Assembly: GCA_965222375.1 (NCBI GenBank)
Contig: CBDCTZ010000016.1
Location: 1,216,001-1,280,000 of the forward strand
DNA length: 64,000 bases
From: Polyangiaceae bacterium
GTDB lineage: Bacteria; Myxococcota_A; Polyangia; Polyangiales; Polyangiaceae
Direction of reading: 5' to 3'
Within the stretch, counting starts at the first letter, position 1. Each line of letters begins with the position of its first letter. The position numbers and the translations under genes were made by a program. Of this stretch, positions 48,554-57,606 are shown piece after piece. The notes under the pieces were generated by a model. It made no database searches, was not told the origin of the DNA, and saw only the letters and a list, made by a program, of their open reading frames with translations.

Positions 48554-49963
48554 CTACGGGGGCACTCCGGGGCCGAGCAGGGAGAGCGGATAGCGCACGA
48601 TGCTCCAGGACTCGTAGGGGTAGACGCCGGAATCGGAGTTGTTGGGTAGCCCCTCTTCAAAGGCCACTTCGGTGTCGGTAACGTAGAGCGGGCGGCCCCA
48701 CAGGCGACCTGGACGGCGGTCGACTTTCCAACGCACTCCGTCGCTCAGTCGGAGGACGACGGGTAGGAAGTTTTCAGAAGAGCCCGTCTTGTCATGGTTT
48801 GCGGTGGTTGCCGCGTAGTCGCCGTTGACCACCCAGGGTTTGCACGGACCTTTGCCCCCGGTTGCATCCCGGACCTTTACGGGCTTCAGTGCTTTGGGGT
48901 CCGTGGTGTGAGGCGCCTTGAAAATCTCGATGGTCTGCCACTCGGTGCCGGTCCAGCCCGAAGCTTGGGTCCAGACCATGGTCTTGCCATCCGTGCCCAG
49001 GCCGCAGGTGGAGCCCACTTGGCCGAGGGCGTTGCCCGTATGCGGCAGCATGATTTGGGCGCCTGCCCCCGGCGTCCAGATCCAGACCTCGGCCCACGGC
49101 TCCGGTCCGTGCGTATCCCAGAAGAGCGCGTCGCCCCAAGCTCGGAGGGAGTTGGAGATGGCGGTGCGGTGGTTGGGAGACTGCCAGGCCGCGAGGACGT
49201 TGGCGTCGTCTTGGGCGCCGAAGACATCGATCGTGGCGTTGAAACCGCGGAGCCAAGCGCCGATCTTGGAGGAAATTGCGTATCCCGACAACAGGACCGC
49301 GCTCGTTTCCGCATGCACGGTCCAGGGCTTCCCGTCGTCGTCTGCGGCGATGAGAGCCGTGAACCGGGGTGAATCATCAACCGTTTTCACCCAAGCGAGG
49401 TGCATCACGCGACCTTGGGCATGGGCACTGGGGTAGAAGTTGCACTGCTTGCCCGCTATCCGCGCCTGAAAAATGACCTCGTTGTCCGGCAGGCGGAGCG
49501 TGACGACCTCGAAGAACTCTTGGCCCAGATCCCGTGTGAAAGTGATGTGCTGCTTGCCTTCGTGGCTGCCCCCGTACGCGCTGCCACCACGGATTCGATA
49601 CTTCGGATCGCCCCAATTGTGCTCGAGCTCGAGCACGCCTGGCGGGGTGGTGATCCAAGCTGGCTTGGGGAGCATGGCGGCAGAATTGGGTGCCATCCAG
49701 ATGTCGCATTTGCAGGGCAGACCGGGGAAGCGGAGCCAGCCCTTGGGCACTTGGGGCTGTGGTGGGGTGGGGTCACAAGCCTGAGCGTCGGCCGCGTCGA
49801 TGGATGCGTCGGCCGCGTCGGATGCTCCGTCTGTTACCGCGTCCATGCTCGCGTCGACAGCAGCGTCTTTGCCATTGCCAGGCGTGGCGCTGTCGCCGTC
49901 GCAAGAGCACGCGATGGCGATGAGGGCGGCGAAGGGGACAACCCGAGACGTCATCGCCTGCAT
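48554..49963 (-). CDS. Lipoprotein paralog L1 (probable beta-propeller)
   Basis: IAC lipobox, Asp/Ala linker, PKGWLRFPGLPCKC...WSIVRYPLSLLGPGVPP. Confidence 0.85.
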   Translation of the reverse strand: MQAMTSRVVPFAALIAIACSCDGDSATPGNGKDAAVDASMDAVTDGASDAADASIDAADAQACDPTPPQPQVPKGWLRFPGLPCKCDIWMAPNSAAMLPKPAWITTPPGVLELEHNWGDPKYRIRGGSAYGGSHEGKQHITFTRDLGQEFFEVVTLRLPDNEVIFQARIAGKQCNFYPSAHAQGRVMHLAWVKTVDDSPRFTALIAADDDGKPWTVHAETSAVLLSGYAISSKIGAWLRGFNATIDVFGAQDDANVLAAWQSPNHRTAISNSLRAWGDALFWDTHGPEPWAEVWIWTPGAGAQIMLPHTGNALGQVGSTCGLGTDGKTMVWTQASGWTGTEWQTIEIFKAPHTTDPKALKPVKVRDATGGKGPCKPWVVNGDYAATTANHDKTGSSENFLPVVLRLSDGVRWKVDRRPGRLWGRPLYVTDTEVAFEEGLPNNSDSGVYPYESWSIVRYPLSLLGPGVPP

Positions 49964-50141
49964 TTCATTGCGGGCAGGCGCCGGGTGTCGGCGAGTTGCT
50001 ACGCATGATTGGATGAAGGACCCGTGACTTGGAGTTGGGGGGGTGGGGGTCGCGGCGCTTGGGCAGGCTGGGGCACGACTCTCGCCCCGGCCCGTGCGGC
50101 GCGCGGCTCGAGCGTCCACGTGACCTGCCCCAACCTGTGCA

Positions 50142-51554
50142 CTACGGCGGCACTCCGGGGCCGAGCAGGGACAGCGGGTAACGCACGATGCTCCAGGACT
50201 CGTAGGGGTAGACGCCGGAATCCGAGTTGTTGGGCAGGCCCTCTTCGAAGGCAACTTCGGTGTCCGTGACGTACAGGGGCAAGCCCCACAGGCGACCCGG
50301 GCGGCGGTCCACCTTCCAACGCATTCCGTCACTCAGTCGGAGGACGACGGGCAAGGACGTTTCTGAGGTGCCGAGTTTGTCATGGTAGGCGACCGTTGCT
50401 GCATAGTCGCCGTTGACAATCCAGCGATGGCACGACCCAACGCCCCCGGTTGCGTCTCGCACCTTTATGGGTTTGAGGGCCTTGGGATCCGTGGTGTGAG
50501 GCGCCTTGAAAATCTCGATGGTCTGCCACTCGGTGCCGGTCCAGCCCGAAGCTTGGGTCCAGACCATGGTCTTGCCATCGGTGCCCAGGCCGCAGGTGGA
50601 GCCCACTTGGCCGAGGGCGTTGCCCGTATGCGGCAGCATGATTTGGGCGCCTGCCCCCGGCGTCCAGATCCAGACCTCGGCCCAGGGCTCGGGCCCGTGC
50701 GTATCCCAGAAGAGCGCGTCGTCCCAGGCTCGGAGTGAAAAGGAGATGGCGGTGCGGTGGTTGGGGGACTGCCAAGCTCCGGGATACGCACTGTCATCCT
50801 GCGCGCCAAACGCATCGATCCGTGTGCTGCCAGCGTGCAGCCACGCGCCGATCTTCTCGGAAATGGCGAACCCCTGAAGCAGCGCGGGGCTGACTTCGGC
50901 ATGCACCGTCCAGGGTTGCCCTTGGTCATCGGCGGCAAAGAGTCCGATGAATCGGGGGGAATCATCGAGGCTGCTCTCCCAGATCAGGTGCATGACTCGC
51001 CCCTGCGCGTGGGCCATCGTGCGAAATCGGCATGCCTTGCTCGCTATCCTTGCTTGGAAGATGGTTTCGTTGTCCGGCAGGCGGAGCGTGACGACCTCGA
51101 AGAATTCTTGGCCCAAATCCCGCGTGAAGGTGATGTGCTGCTTGCCTTGGTGGCTACCACCGAAGACGCTGCCACCAAGGATCCGATACTTCGGATCGCC
51201 CCAATTGTGCTCGAGTTCGAGCACTCCCGGCGGGGTGGTGATCCAAGCTGGCTTGGGCAGCATGGCGGCGGAGTTGGGTGCCATCCAGATGTCGCATTTG
51301 CAGGGCAGGCCTGGAAAGCGCAGCCAGCCCTTGGGGATCTCGGGTTGGGTCGGTACGGGGTTGCAAGCTTGCGCATCCGCGGCGTCGGTAGACGTCTCGA
51401 GCGCCACGTCGGATGCGGCGTCCGAGGGCGCGTCTCCGCTTGCGTCCGCGGAAGCATCCGCGTTGCCGCCCGGCGCAGTGCTGTCGTCGTCGCAGGAGCA
51501 GGCGACGGCGATGAGGGCCGCGAAGGGGACAACACGAGACGTCATCGCCTGCAT
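50142..51554 (-). CDS. Lipoprotein paralog L2
   Basis: Same architecture and conserved blocks as L1. Confidence 0.85.
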   Translation of the reverse strand: MQAMTSRVVPFAALIAVACSCDDDSTAPGGNADASADASGDAPSDAASDVALETSTDAADAQACNPVPTQPEIPKGWLRFPGLPCKCDIWMAPNSAAMLPKPAWITTPPGVLELEHNWGDPKYRILGGSVFGGSHQGKQHITFTRDLGQEFFEVVTLRLPDNETIFQARIASKACRFRTMAHAQGRVMHLIWESSLDDSPRFIGLFAADDQGQPWTVHAEVSPALLQGFAISEKIGAWLHAGSTRIDAFGAQDDSAYPGAWQSPNHRTAISFSLRAWDDALFWDTHGPEPWAEVWIWTPGAGAQIMLPHTGNALGQVGSTCGLGTDGKTMVWTQASGWTGTEWQTIEIFKAPHTTDPKALKPIKVRDATGGVGSCHRWIVNGDYAATVAYHDKLGTSETSLPVVLRLSDGMRWKVDRRPGRLWGLPLYVTDTEVAFEEGLPNNSDSGVYPYESWSIVRYPLSLLGPGVPP

Positions 51555-51732
51555 CTCATTGCGGGCAGTCGCTGGTTGCTGGCGAGTTTCCACGCATCAT
51601 TGGGTGAAGAACCCATTGCTTGAGATTGAGGGTTTGGGGTCGCGGTACTTTGGCAGGTTGGGACACTATTCTCGCGCGGGCGCACGTGGTGCGCGGGCCC
51701 GAGCGTCCACGTGACCTTCCCCAATTCGTGCA

Positions 51733-53145
51733 CTACGGGGGCACTCCGGGGCCGAGCAAGGACAGCGGGTAGCGCACGATGCTCCAGGACTCTCCGGGCG
51801 TGACGCCGGAATCGGAGTTGTTGGGCAGGCCCTCTTCGAAGGCCACTTCGGTGTCCGTGACATAGAGCGGCAGACCCCACAGGCGACCTGGGCGACGAGG
51901 CACAGTCCACAGTTGGCCGTCGCTCAAGCGCACAACATATGGGATTGAATCAGTGTCCTTGATGTCTTTGGTGAGGCGGCCCCAGTGCGCGGCGTAGTCA
52001 CCGTTGACGACCCAATTCTTGCAAGCTCCGATTCCCCCCGGGGCATCTCGCACCTTGACGGGCTTGAGCGCTTTGGGATCCGTGGTGTGAGGCGACTTGA
52101 AGATCTCGATGGTCTGCCACTCGGTGCCGGTCCAGCCGGAGGCTTGGGTCCAGACCATGGTCTTGCCATCCGTGCCCAAGCCGCAGGTGGAGCCCACCTG
52201 TCCGAGGGCATTGCCCGTGTGCGGCAGCATGATCTGGGCGCCTGCGCTGGGGGTCCAGACCCAGACCTCGGCCCAAGGCTCGGGCCCTTGAGTGTCCCAG
52301 AGTAGCGCGTCGTCCCAGGCCCTGAGTGAGAAGGGGATGGCGGTACGCTGGTTGGGAGAGGTCCAAGCACCCACCACCTTGGTGTTGTCCTGGGCGCCAA
52401 AGACGTCGATCAGGGCATTGAAGCCGTGCAGCCAGCCCCCAATCTTGGAGGAGATGGCGAAGCCAGCCAACACCACCGGGCTCGTTTCTGCATGTACCGT
52501 CCAGGGTTTCCCCTGATCGTCCGCAGCGAAGAGCCCGATGAATCGCGGTGAATCGTCGTTCGTGTTCTCCCAACCGAGATGCAGTGCTCGCCCCTGCCCA
52601 TGCACGACGGTGCGCAAAATGCACTGCTTGTCGAGGGTTCGCGCCTGGAAAATGACCTCGTTGTCGGGTAGTCGGAGAGTGACGATTTCGAATAGCTGTT
52701 TGCCCAAGTCCCGCATGAAGCTGACGTGTTGCTTGCCCTGGTGGCTACCGCCGTAAGCACTGCCAGGGAAGATCCGATACTTCGGATCCCCCCAATTGTG
52801 CTCGAGCTCGAGCACGCCTGGCGGTGTGGTGATCCAGTTGGGCTTGGGCAGCATGGCGGCGGAATTGGGACCCATCCAGATGTCGCATTTGCAGGGCAGG
52901 CCGGGGAAGCGGAGCCAGCCCTTGGGCACTTGGGGCTGTGGCGGGTTGGGATCGCAGGCTTGGGCGTCCGCGGCGTCGGTAGACGTCTCGAGCGCCACGT
53001 CGGATGCGACGTCCGAGGGCGCGTCTGTACTCGCATCGGTCGAAGCGTCCTTGTTGCCGCCAGGCGCACCGCTGTCGCCGTCGCAGGAGCAGGCGACGGC
53101 GAAGAGGGCCGCGAAGGAAAGCGCGCGATACGTCAAGGCTTGCAC
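51733..53145 (-). CDS. Lipoprotein paralog L3
   Basis: Same architecture as L1. GTG/TTG start overlaps the protease gene stop at 53133. Confidence 0.85.
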   Translation of the reverse strand: MQALTYRALSFAALFAVACSCDGDSGAPGGNKDASTDASTDAPSDVASDVALETSTDAADAQACDPNPPQPQVPKGWLRFPGLPCKCDIWMGPNSAAMLPKPNWITTPPGVLELEHNWGDPKYRIFPGSAYGGSHQGKQHVSFMRDLGKQLFEIVTLRLPDNEVIFQARTLDKQCILRTVVHGQGRALHLGWENTNDDSPRFIGLFAADDQGKPWTVHAETSPVVLAGFAISSKIGGWLHGFNALIDVFGAQDNTKVVGAWTSPNQRTAIPFSLRAWDDALLWDTQGPEPWAEVWVWTPSAGAQIMLPHTGNALGQVGSTCGLGTDGKTMVWTQASGWTGTEWQTIEIFKSPHTTDPKALKPVKVRDAPGGIGACKNWVVNGDYAAHWGRLTKDIKDTDSIPYVVRLSDGQLWTVPRRPGRLWGLPLYVTDTEVAFEEGLPNNSDSGVTPGESWSIVRYPLSLLGPGVPP

Positions 53146-56039
53146 TTCATTGCGGGCAGGCGCCGGGTGTCGGCAATGCAGCGCACCTCGATAACTTCCC
53201 GACGCTTGCCATGCCAGCCGTGAGGTTTGAGTTTCTTGACAATGCCGAGGCTGACGCGGCCGTAGCGCACCACGGGGGGGCTGGCGATGCGGCCGGGGCC
53301 CACGCGTTTGCCCAGGCGGCGGACTTCGGCATCCGGTAGGAATGGCTCGGAGTCGAGGAGCAGAGTGATGTGATGCTTGTTTCGGGCGGCGACCAGCACG
53401 ATTCGCCCGTCGGAGGTGGTCTTGAGCCAAGCGCGTTTGGTCTTGGATAGCCCCGGGAGCAGGAATGGACCTTCCACGTTGCCGGACACCGGGTCCACTC
53501 GCAGGATGACCCAGCGGGTGAGGGGCTTGTGACGACAATAGCCGTGTTTCTTGTGCTTGCCACAGCCGCAACTCTTCTTGGGAGAGCGGCCTAGCACCCA
53601 AACTCGGGAATGGCGCAGCGAATAGGTCGCGGCTTCGAGGCGCGGCGGCAGGGGGTTGGATAGAGTGGTTTGTTCTGGAGGCTGGCCGGGGACAAAACGC
53701 AGCACGCTGTCGAGCTGCTCACCGCTTGGGGCCCGGCCGCCGATGACCATCGTCACATCTGTCAGTCGCGAGTAGGCGGCGACGAAGCCAGTGCGCGGGA
53801 TCAGCTCCGTGCTCGATGCCAGAGGCATCGCGGCAAGAGCCGACGGCAGCTCACCCTCGGGAGGAAAGACCACGGTGGTGAACCAGCCCGCGCCAATGCG
53901 AAACAGCTGATCGACCATGGCGGTGCTGTCGGCGCGGAGAGCGACCGCCCGGGCGCGAGGCTCTCCTGCAGTGACCGAGACGGGCTCGCTGCCGTCCACC
54001 CACACCAAACTTGGATCGACCAGGGTTTTGCGGATCGCCATGGGAAAGGCGTCGCTGACGTCCGCGGCTGCGCCGCCTGCTATCCAGGCCAGGGCGCCGC
54101 TGTCGGCATCGACGATGCTGAGCACCGCAGCCGGATCTTGCTCGGACTCGCCCGACAGGATGGACTCGTCGCCGCAGCTGAAGCAGGCACTCGTGTCGAT
54201 GGGCGGGATTGAAAACAGGTCGATGGGGGTGGCGGCAGGGACGGGCGCGGTGCGCCAATCCGGGGCGAAGGCGTGGAGGTAATGGGCGGAGATGTTCCTG
54301 CAGCTTGGTGGCTGCCCCGGGAGATTGATACAGATCCCGCCGCCACTGAAATCCGGTAGCCCGTGGGCCCCAGTTCCGCGGTAGGTCTGACCATTCAGCC
54401 AGAAGGTGCCGGCGAGGTCCGTGCCCGGTGGGAAGTTGGGATCGGCGGGCACCGGGGCAATCCAGCCGTTGCCGAGCCAGCGGGCGTAGTCGGACTCGAA
54501 ATCCCAATCGCCTACCGCCAGGGTGGGCCCGGGATAGCTCACGCTGCGGGAACGGCCGACGCAGTCCGTAGGCGGGCCGCCGATGGGTTGGGGGCAGACG
54601 CTGCCTTGCAAGGTGCGGATCAGGTGCCAGGTTGTAAGACCGGCGTCGAGCGCTTGGGTGGAGGCAGCTTCCTCTTTGAACCGGGCAAGCGAATCGGGCA
54701 CGCAGTGATTTGGTCCGAGCTCGCACAACTGTCTGTTGTACTCCGGCGTTCCGTCCAGCTTGCGACACACGCAGAACCTCGGGGTGACGCGGTCCGTCAG
54801 CGGATCGCCCACGCCGAGCACGGGGTCGACCACGAACTGCCTTCGAATCAGGCGCTGGCCGAAGGTCGCTCCAGCGGGGCCGATGGAGCGGCCGACCGGC
54901 GTGGGCGCAGGATCGCAGGCGTCGCCAATGTGCTGGTTCAGCTTTTGCTTGGCGCCCCAGGCCTCTTCCGCGTCGATGTTCGAGTTCTTCTGATCGGGAT
55001 TGTAGGTGTCGGGGCAATTGTCCACGGCGTCGCAGATCAGGTCGTCGTCAACGCCTTTGCGGACCGTGTGCTGGATCCACTGAGCGTGCTCCGGCAGGAA
55101 GGTCGGCACCCAGCCGACCTCGTTGGGGTTGAAGGGATCTGAGCCGGTGGATGCGCTGAGCACACCCAGCAGGGCCTCGTCGCCCTGAGGGGCGCCCAGG
55201 GGTGGCTCGAAGAAGCACCAGGAGCCCCACCAATCCGTGGAGTCTTGCGGCGCCGGAGCGAACAAACCCGTGCCCGAATCGCCCTTTGTCGGCATGGCTC
55301 CGCTGAACTTGTTCATGAGCAGCATCGAGGCGGAGTTGGTCGAAAGGCTGCAAGCCCCAGCGCTCTTGAAGTGGGTCGATGCGACACTTCCTTGAATGGT
55401 GTTGGACGCCGTACCGACTCGATCCGGATCGTCCGGGAAGATGGGTGGTATGGCGCCGCCGAAGGAGGCGAGCATGCCCGCGACGTCGCATGCGCCGGCC
55501 GCGCAGTTTGGAGGGATCCAGAGCCTGGCAACGGAGATCCCGTGGAGCGCGAGGTTGATGGGCGACTTCAGCCGAACCAGCGCCAGATCGTGACCGCAGT
55601 TCAGATCTGACGGGCTGACGGTGCTGGTCCAATGCAGGAGACCCTTGGCCGGGTAGGCACCGGGATGGAAGTACACATCTTCCGCGGTAACGTTGCCACC
55701 GTGCACCGCTGGACCCGTTGGATCTCGGGTCAGGTTCAGCTGCACGGGCGTTGACGGAACCGGAAGCAGCGGTGTTTCGAAACAGTGTGCGGCGGTGAGG
55801 ATCCAACGAGGGTGGACCACGGTGGCGAAGCAGGCTTTCACGTCGCCCAACTGCTGGAGAAACATGTGCACGGTAGAGGGCGGCAAGTCGAAGGAGTCGG
55901 CGTTCGTCAGCGCCTGCTGCCCGTTGGATGTGCCGTCATGTGGCGGAGCCTCACTGCAACTGAGAGTTGCGGCCGCTAGGGTAACTATCCACAGCGTGCG
56001 CTCGCCAATTCTTGCTGCCACCCGCCCGACTCGACTCAT
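53133..56039 (-). CDS. Large trypsin-like serine protease lipoprotein with TSP3-like Ca-binding repeat
   Basis: GGAGG RBS, TLSC lipobox, WILTAAHC, HDLALVRL, GDSGTG, DDDLICDAVDNCPDTYNPDQ...GDACD. Confidence 0.85.
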   Translation of the reverse strand: MSRVGRVAARIGERTLWIVTLAAATLSCSEAPPHDGTSNGQQALTNADSFDLPPSTVHMFLQQLGDVKACFATVVHPRWILTAAHCFETPLLPVPSTPVQLNLTRDPTGPAVHGGNVTAEDVYFHPGAYPAKGLLHWTSTVSPSDLNCGHDLALVRLKSPINLALHGISVARLWIPPNCAAGACDVAGMLASFGGAIPPIFPDDPDRVGTASNTIQGSVASTHFKSAGACSLSTNSASMLLMNKFSGAMPTKGDSGTGLFAPAPQDSTDWWGSWCFFEPPLGAPQGDEALLGVLSASTGSDPFNPNEVGWVPTFLPEHAQWIQHTVRKGVDDDLICDAVDNCPDTYNPDQKNSNIDAEEAWGAKQKLNQHIGDACDPAPTPVGRSIGPAGATFGQRLIRRQFVVDPVLGVGDPLTDRVTPRFCVCRKLDGTPEYNRQLCELGPNHCVPDSLARFKEEAASTQALDAGLTTWHLIRTLQGSVCPQPIGGPPTDCVGRSRSVSYPGPTLAVGDWDFESDYARWLGNGWIAPVPADPNFPPGTDLAGTFWLNGQTYRGTGAHGLPDFSGGGICINLPGQPPSCRNISAHYLHAFAPDWRTAPVPAATPIDLFSIPPIDTSACFSCGDESILSGESEQDPAAVLSIVDADSGALAWIAGGAAADVSDAFPMAIRKTLVDPSLVWVDGSEPVSVTAGEPRARAVALRADSTAMVDQLFRIGAGWFTTVVFPPEGELPSALAAMPLASSTELIPRTGFVAAYSRLTDVTMVIGGRAPSGEQLDSVLRFVPGQPPEQTTLSNPLPPRLEAATYSLRHSRVWVLGRSPKKSCGCGKHKKHGYCRHKPLTRWVILRVDPVSGNVEGPFLLPGLSKTKRAWLKTTSDGRIVLVAARNKHHITLLLDSEPFLPDAEVRRLGKRVGPGRIASPPVVRYGRVSLGIVKKLKPHGWHGKRREVIEVRCIADTRRLPAMKCKP

Positions 56040-56461
56040 AACCACCTCCCCTAGGCTAACTAGTCTGCCTTTCGGTGGAGCCGGCATCAATGTAGGCGCA
56101 GTACACACACGCGTCCCACGGCATCGCATCAAAAGACCCTGGGCGTGTGTTTGAGCCCCTTATGTGCATGAGACGCAGCGAGAAGTGACGTCACGTCAGG
56201 TCAAGGGGTGCGGTGGTTGGTTTCGACATCCGATCAGATCCAGTGACGTGGAGGGGATGTGCCGACGCAGCGTTGCGACTATCTGGTCGTCTTGGCTGCC
56301 GTCGGCATGCCAAACCGCGGCCTGTTGCGGGAGTAGCGGCCCAACGACGGCCCATGGCTGCGACCCCCAAGAAAACGAGCACAGGCGCGGAATGGTTCTG
56401 CCATCGATCGTGGCTGCGTGTGAGGACGTTCGAAGTCCAACGCGGCGCGTAACTCAGGTGT

Positions 56462-57451
56462 TCAATCCCCGCGGAACAGCCAGAACAGTCCGACGACGCT
56501 GACGGCCAGTACGACGAGCGCGACGGCAGCGACCAGGAGGTCCGTCGACGTCCAACCGACTTTGCGCTCGCGAACGGGTCGTTTCGCTCGTTTGGGCACG
56601 GCCACGACGGGGGCGCCGCCGCGGGTACTGGCTGCGGACGCCGGGGGCGCTGATGAGGAGGCCGCGGGAGATTGGGATGTCACCGGGGGATCCACCGAGT
56701 CGTCCTCGGCCATGTGTTCGTCGACGGCGGCTTCGAGTTCGGCGAGGGCGTCGGCTACCGGGTCTTCGTAGACCAGGCGGTTTTCGCCGAGTCGCAGCTC
56801 ACTGCCCGCGGGCCAAGCTTTGGACTCGTCCCGGCCAAGGGACACGTCATCCCAGTGGGTGCCGTTCTTGGAGCCGAGATCGCGGACCCAGATCTGATCT
56901 CCGCGGCGGAAGATCTCTGCGTGGCGACGTGAGGCGTCTTCGTCATCCAGGCTGAGGTCGGCGTCTTTGGCCCGGCCCAGTACGTAGTGTCGACTAGGGT
57001 CAGCGATGACGAGGGTTTTCCCGGCGTCCGGGCCCTGGCGCACACTGACTCGGGCGCCTTCGGATTGACCTTGGGCCGCCAGAGCATCGGCTACCAAGCC
57101 CAGAGCGATTTCACGAGTTGCCAGAGCCGCGTTCTGAGTCGGCATGGCCTGCTCGATCTGCACCTCGAGCCAGATGCGGCCGATGCGAACCAAGTCGCCA
57201 CTCTCGAGGACTCGAGGAGCTTGGGGGGACAAGCGAACGGGGCCGACGAAAGTGCCGTTGGTGCTGCCCTCATCCAACACGATGTAGTCCGTGCCGCGCT
57301 GGCGGATAGAGGCGTGGCGATGGCTCACGCTCGGGTCCGGTAGGCGCACTTCGCAGCCGTCCCCGCGACCGATCACGACCCGGGGTGAATCGAAGGTGAC
57401 CTTGGGCGGCGATTCGGCGTCGCCGGTACGGATCACAATCGTCAGGGCCAT
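56462..57451 (-). CDS. Tandem FHA domain protein with C-terminal TM
   Basis: IGRG...SVSHRHA...DEGSTNG and LGRA...ASRRHA...DLGSKNG. Confidence 0.9.
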   Translation of the reverse strand: MALTIVIRTGDAESPPKVTFDSPRVVIGRGDGCEVRLPDPSVSHRHASIRQRGTDYIVLDEGSTNGTFVGPVRLSPQAPRVLESGDLVRIGRIWLEVQIEQAMPTQNAALATREIALGLVADALAAQGQSEGARVSVRQGPDAGKTLVIADPSRHYVLGRAKDADLSLDDEDASRRHAEIFRRGDQIWVRDLGSKNGTHWDDVSLGRDESKAWPAGSELRLGENRLVYEDPVADALAELEAAVDEHMAEDDSVDPPVTSQSPAASSSAPPASAASTRGGAPVVAVPKRAKRPVRERKVGWTSTDLLVAAVALVVLAVSVVGLFWLFRGD

Positions 57452-57606
57452 GGGGCGGCATTCTAGTGGCGAGTGGTGGTCCAGTAGCAAACCCTGGCCG
57501 TGGGCAGGTTTCGGAAAACCCTCCCGAAATTTGTCCAAAATGGGCGCTCCGCCTTAGTCCCGTGCGAGAGGCCTCGCGCTGTCGACGGTGGCCTCAGGAG
57601 GCAGGC

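Noticed and set aside
48554..53145. Diversity-generating retroelement acting on the L paralogs
   Set aside because: No reverse transcriptase in the window, and differences are spread over many patches rather than an adenine-specific TR/VR pair.
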